In this document: one piece after another, positions 63,000-64,000 of the stretch
How positions within the stretch are numbered: the first letter of the stretch is position 1
Layout: the number at the start of each line of letters is the position of its first letter
Source: a virus
Direction: 5' to 3' (one strand)
Virus record (IMG/VR): IMGVR_UViG_3300008516_000204
Location: 42,112 to 106,111 of that record
Length of the DNA stretch: 64,000 nucleotides
Position numbers and translations under genes: made by a program
The notes under the pieces: generated by a model
What the model saw: the letters and a program-made list of their open reading frames with translations, nothing else
Database searches by the model: none
Told to the model about the DNA's origin: nothing

Positions 63000-63998
63000 T
63001 TACTTCCATGCCTCTGGTATGTCACCATAATCTGTCAGTGATGTAGCTCCTAAAAAACAATCATCAGTATAAGTAGGAGGAGTTTCCTGTGCTTCTGCAT
63101 TTGCGATAATAGTCTGCCAACCCAATCCAGTTAATTTACTACAATCTTGAAACGCATAACGAAAATCATCTACCTTATCATTATATAAAAATATATTTCC
63201 ATCGAGGGCTTGATTTATACTGGGACAATCCCGAAATACACTATAAAAATTATTTACCTCTATATTATTATCAAATAGGCCAGATGGAATAGAAAGTAAT
63301 GAAGTACAGCCCATAAATGTTCCATTAAAAGTAGTTACCGCTGTGTTGTTATCAAATAGACCAGTTGGTATAGCTGTTAGTGAAGAGCAATCCCGAAATA
63401 CACCATAAAGACGAGTTACCGCTGTGTTGTTATCAAATAGACCAGTTGGTATAGCTATTAAACTGGTACATTCAAGAAATACATTTTCAAAAGTAGTAAC
63501 TAATGTATTGTTAGCAAACAAATCAGTTGGTATAGAGGTTAACCCTATACATCCATAGAAAGTCGCATCAAATGAAGTTACTACTGTATTATATCTAAAT
63601 AAATCTATTGGTATAGAAGTTAATTCTCCACAGGCAACAAATGCAGATTTAAAAGTAGTTACCGCTATGTTGTTATCAAATAGACCAGTTGGTATAGCTA
63701 TTAAACTCCCACAATTTCGAAATGACTCCTCAAAACTAGTAATATTAGTAGCTCCATCAAATATTCCCGCTGGAATCGATACTAAGGAAGTACAAAACCT
63801 AAACATGCTCAAAGCAGTTGTCAAAGAACGGAGAACTCTCATACTTGAATGAACCCTTGTAAGATTAGAACAACCACGAAAATTCAGTATAGTAAATCCC
63901 ATATCTATAAATCCCAGCAATTTCTTTAACTTTAACTTATCACCTGCATTATTAAAGGCAAAATGAGTACATATCCCTCTCATAGAAATAATATAAGT
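63000..63998 (-). CDS. 5'-partial BspA-like leucine-rich repeat surface protein
   Basis: 27-aa repeats C.SL..IP.GLFDNN..VT.F...F; the frame stays open to the window end. Confidence 0.85.
   Translation of the reverse strand, partial: TYIISMRGICTHFAFNNAGDKLKLKKLLGFIDMGFTILNFRGCSNLTRVHSSMRVLRSLTTALSMFRFCTSLVSIPAGIFDGATNITSFEESFRNCGSLIAIPTGLFDNNIAVTTFKSAFVACGELTSIPIDLFRYNTVVTSFDATFYGCIGLTSIPTDLFANNTLVTTFENVFLECTSLIAIPTGLFDNNTAVTRLYGVFRDCSSLTAIPTGLFDNNTAVTTFNGTFMGCTSLLSIPSGLFDNNIEVNNFYSVFRDCPSINQALDGNIFLYNDKVDDFRYAFQDCSKLTGLGWQTIIANAEAQETPPTYTDDCFLGATSLTDYGDIPEAWK
63220..63810 (-). repeat. 81-bp tandem repeat units within the LRR gene
   Basis: AGTTACCGCT(G/A)TGTTGTTATCAAATAGACCAGTTGGTATAGCT at 63333, 63414 and 63657 (spacing 81 and 243 bp). 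Confidence 0.9.
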
Positions 63999-64000
63999 CC

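Noticed and set aside
63220-63810. CRISPR array or DGR template/variable repeat pair
   Set aside because: The repeats are in-frame 81-bp coding units; there is no reverse transcriptase in the window and no adenine-specific mismatch pattern
260-63852. Numerous antisense and nested ORFs in the six-frame track (e.g. 17609..18286, 25338..25865, 33801..34292, 54176..54574)
   Set aside because: They shadow well-supported genes on the opposite strand and lack RBS or motifs
1-64000. Cellular chromosome or integrated prophage boundary
   Set aside because: Host-like genes are interleaved with phage genes in one compact operon; no integrase, att site, tRNA or host flank is visible

Overview
A 64-kb internal segment of a large tailed dsDNA phage (Caudoviricetes; siphovirus-like neck and tail genes), cut inside genes at both ends. 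It has two convergent, densely packed gene blocks whose stop codons overlap at 43646-43649. The + strand block (1-43649) encodes sugar-modification enzymes, host-like peptidases (ClpP, M17 leucyl aminopeptidase, Met aminopeptidase) and five DNA methyltransferases. It also encodes a UDG-PolA fusion polymerase, SSB, RecA, resolvases, SbcCD, a sigma factor, both terminase subunits and a Cas4-like nuclease. The - strand block (64000-43646) encodes adhesin/fibre proteins, neck proteins, tail tube, tail chaperones, tape measure, a large tail protein and a candidate lysis pair. Selfish elements are abundant: two LAGLIDADG inteins and six free-standing endonuclease genes built from shuffled modules. 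The most notable observations are (i) a phage copy of what looks like the PVC-superphylum small basic signature protein, pointing to a PVC host, (ii) a candidate new lysis or membrane-bridging protein with an N-terminal TM helix and a C-terminal outer-membrane-type beta domain, near an unannotated 2-TM holin-like gene, (iii) two membrane-anchored transglutaminase-like Cys proteases, and (iv) three genes each broken by a single in-frame stop (TGA, TAA, TAG). All family assignments come from motif recognition by eye; no searches were run. No tRNA, rRNA, CRISPR array, integrase, portal or major capsid gene was recognised.
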